This document shows, piece by piece, positions 43,571-44,924 of a stretch of DNA of 44,924 nucleotides (the stretch's first letter is position 1; every line of letters begins with the position of its first letter). The DNA lies in the NCBI GenBank assembly GCA_946562005.1, contig CAMNVD010000001.1, positions 1-44,924 of the forward strand. The letters run 5' to 3'. Origin of the DNA: an uncultured Clostridia bacterium. Lineage in GTDB: Bacteria; Bacillota; Dehalobacteriia; UBA4068; JAAVYR01. The notes under the pieces were generated by a model, which was not told the DNA's origin, searched no databases, and was given only the letters and a program-made list of their open reading frames with translations. A program made the translations under genes and the position numbers.

Positions 43571-44089
43571 TTAGTGACAGATTATCTGGCACATTTTCAT
43601 AGCGGCAAGAGCATTCTCGTGGCTTTCCGGCGTAACGCCGGCACAGCAGCGGCTGTCTACGGTGATTTCTGCTTCCGGCAAGGCAGCTTTTAAAAGCATC
43701 ACATTAGAAATGACGCAAATATCCGTGCAAAGGCCAATGACCTCTATGGTATCAAAGCATTGCTCTTTGGCATATGCCATTAAGTCCAGACTGCCAAAAG
43801 TAGGTTTATCAAAGATTTTTCGCTCCTTGGCATATGCTTCTAATTGGGGAATCATCTGCCATCCCTCAGTGCCGCAGACGCAGTGAGGCACGGGAAGCAT
43901 TTTCCCCTCTTTGGTATCCAGATAATCTTCCCCGTGGGTATCTCTGGTAAAGACAATATAAACATTTTCACAAATAGCCGCGGCAACTTTTTCCACCACG
44001 GCAGGTACGATTGCCACGGCTTCTGAAGTGCCCAGCGCACCATCGACAAAATCATTTTGCATATCTACCACAACTAAGAGTCTTTTCAT
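43571..44089 (-). CDS. isochorismatase-family hydrolase, nicotinamidase (PncA)-like
   Basis: LLVVVDMQNDF, the metal-site-like DTHGED...PVPHCV, and the catalytic Cys context GLCTDICV. Start set at ATG 44089. Confidence 0.7.
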   Translation of the reverse strand: MKRLLVVVDMQNDFVDGALGTSEAVAIVPAVVEKVAAAICENVYIVFTRDTHGEDYLDTKEGKMLPVPHCVCGTEGWQMIPQLEAYAKERKIFDKPTFGSLDLMAYAKEQCFDTIEVIGLCTDICVISNVMLLKAALPEAEITVDSRCCAGVTPESHENALAAMKMCQIICH

Positions 44090-44119
44090 CGCCAATCCTA
44101 CTCTTTTCTATTAGTATAA

Positions 44120-44156
44120 TAAAAAATACCCTGACGGCGTCCCATCAGAGTATTTT
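44120..44156 (-). terminator. intrinsic terminator after the tRNA pair
   Basis: Minus strand reads AUACUCUGAUGG-gacg-CCGUCAGGGUAU followed by a U-run. It starts right after the CCA of tRNA-Arg. Confidence 0.65.
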
Positions 44157-44233
44157 TGGTGTGCCTGGAGGGATTCGAACCCCCGACCTCATGGTTCGTA
44201 GCCATGCGCTCTATCCAACTGAGCTACAAGCAC
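44157..44233 (-). tRNA. tRNA-Arg (anticodon ACG)
   Basis: 77 nt. GTGCTTGTAGCTCAGTTGGATAGAGCG..., anticodon loop CUACGAA, T-loop GGTTCGAATCC and an encoded CCA. Confidence 0.9.
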
Positions 44234-44275
44234 ATAATAGTGCAGTATCTGTCAAAGGACAGATACTGCATCTTC

Positions 44276-44366
44276 TGGCGGAGAAAAAGGGATTCGAACC
44301 CTTGATACGGTTGCCCGTATACATGATTTCCAATCATGCGCCTTCGACCAACTCGGCCATCTCTCC
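44276..44366 (-). tRNA. tRNA-Ser (anticodon GGA)
   Basis: 91 nt. GGAGAGATGGCCGAGTTGGTCGAAGGCG..., anticodon loop UUGGAAA, long variable arm, T-loop GGTTCGAATCC and an encoded CCA. Confidence 0.9.
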
Positions 44367-44462
44367 ACAACCATGTCAGCTTTATTATTATACCTATATT
44401 TTCTCTCCTTGGCAAGCTTTTTATGCAAAAATTTCACTTTTTCCCAAAGAATACTAGTCCTA

Positions 44463-44550
44463 CCACATAGTACAAAAGCCTACTTATTACCTCTAGCGAT
44501 TATCTATTGCCCGAGAGGTAGATAGATTTTCCTTCGTACACAGTGGCGAC
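44463..44550 (-). repeat. MITE/REP-like repeat, internal fragment
   Basis: CCACATAGTACAAAAGCC...ATTGCCCGAGAGGTAGATAG...CGTACACAGTGGC aligns with the centre of the 18392-18542 copy. Confidence 0.5.
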
Positions 44551-44553
44551 TTT

Positions 44554-44919
44554 CTATAACATAACGATGGTGATGCCGGGATTGGTAAAGACCAAATCAT
44601 GGTCTTTTCTTAAAAAAGGACAGCGGTCCAGAGCATATAAGACGTTAGGATTGAAAATATTCCACTGTTCTCCTGGTATGTAGTCCGCTATCTTACATTG
44701 ATAGCGTTCATCGTCCAGCCAGCGCCTTGCCTTGTCTCGGATGGCGCCTCCAGCCCCGGAAGAGCCATAGCCATGTATGACTTTAACGCCGTCATAGCCT
44801 AGAGCACGAGCATGAGCAAGACCGGTGGCAAGGCAGATTTTTGCATCTTCCCAGCGGGGCATCCCTACTTTAATATTTAACTGATACAACTCTTGCCGTT
44901 GGTTGGTTGCTGCCACCAT
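44554..44919 (-). CDS. Smr-domain protein (may extend beyond the right edge of the window)
   Basis: ARALGYDGVKVIHGYGSSGAGGAIRDKARRWL resembles the Smr core (IIHGKG..G.LR..V..WL). ATG at 44919 is 5 nt from the window end, so the start is uncertain. Confidence 0.55.
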   Translation of the reverse strand: MVAATNQRQELYQLNIKVGMPRWEDAKICLATGLAHARALGYDGVKVIHGYGSSGAGGAIRDKARRWLDDERYQCKIADYIPGEQWNIFNPNVLYALDRCPFLRKDHDLVFTNPGITIVML

Positions 44920-44924
44920 GACGC

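Noticed and set aside
5382-44550. Whether the recurring repeats could be a CRISPR array or degenerate CRISPR repeats.
   Set aside because: The copies are 90-180 nt long, kilobases apart, in both orientations and separated by genes. There are no regularly spaced short repeats and no cas genes.

Overview
This 44.9-kb segment reads like a Bacillota (Firmicutes) chromosome, probably a Negativicutes/Veillonellaceae-type organism. That placement is inferred only from gene content: ftsEX-M23-ctp, comFC, ktrAB, thiW, a T-box leader, a GerMN lipoprotein, secreted proteins with copper-amine-oxidase N-terminal repeats, and pckA. I call 42 protein-coding genes; the first 13, covering about 14 kb, are all on the minus strand. 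I also call 4 tRNAs (Ser-CGA, Arg-CCU, Arg-ACG, Ser-GGA), one clear T-box leader upstream of leuA, one structured leader upstream of thiW, an autoregulated-looking GntR promoter/operator and about 15 intrinsic terminators. I found no rRNA, CRISPR array, transposase, integrase, prophage or recognisable defence island, so the gene content is mostly housekeeping. Six things stand out. (1) A dense family of hairpin-ended MITE/REP-like intergenic repeats has at least 13 copies or fragments, one of them inside the leuA T-box leader. (2) A small XRE-flanked islet at 32.7-36.2 kb encodes a 384-aa protein whose roughly 100-aa core is about 60% Gln/Asn (prion-like low complexity). (3) Three perfect DnaA boxes lie within 35 bp in a 607-bp gene-free gap upstream of ftsE. 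(4) The mutY gene carries an extra N-terminal Nudix-like domain. (5) The thiW leader shows only half of a canonical TPP riboswitch. (6) An isochorismatase-family gene has pckA-like codon optimisation behind a 370-nt leader. All calls were made by eye without tools. Repeat and RNA boundaries are approximate (about +/-5 nt), and I could not confirm that any of these is a genuinely new biological system.
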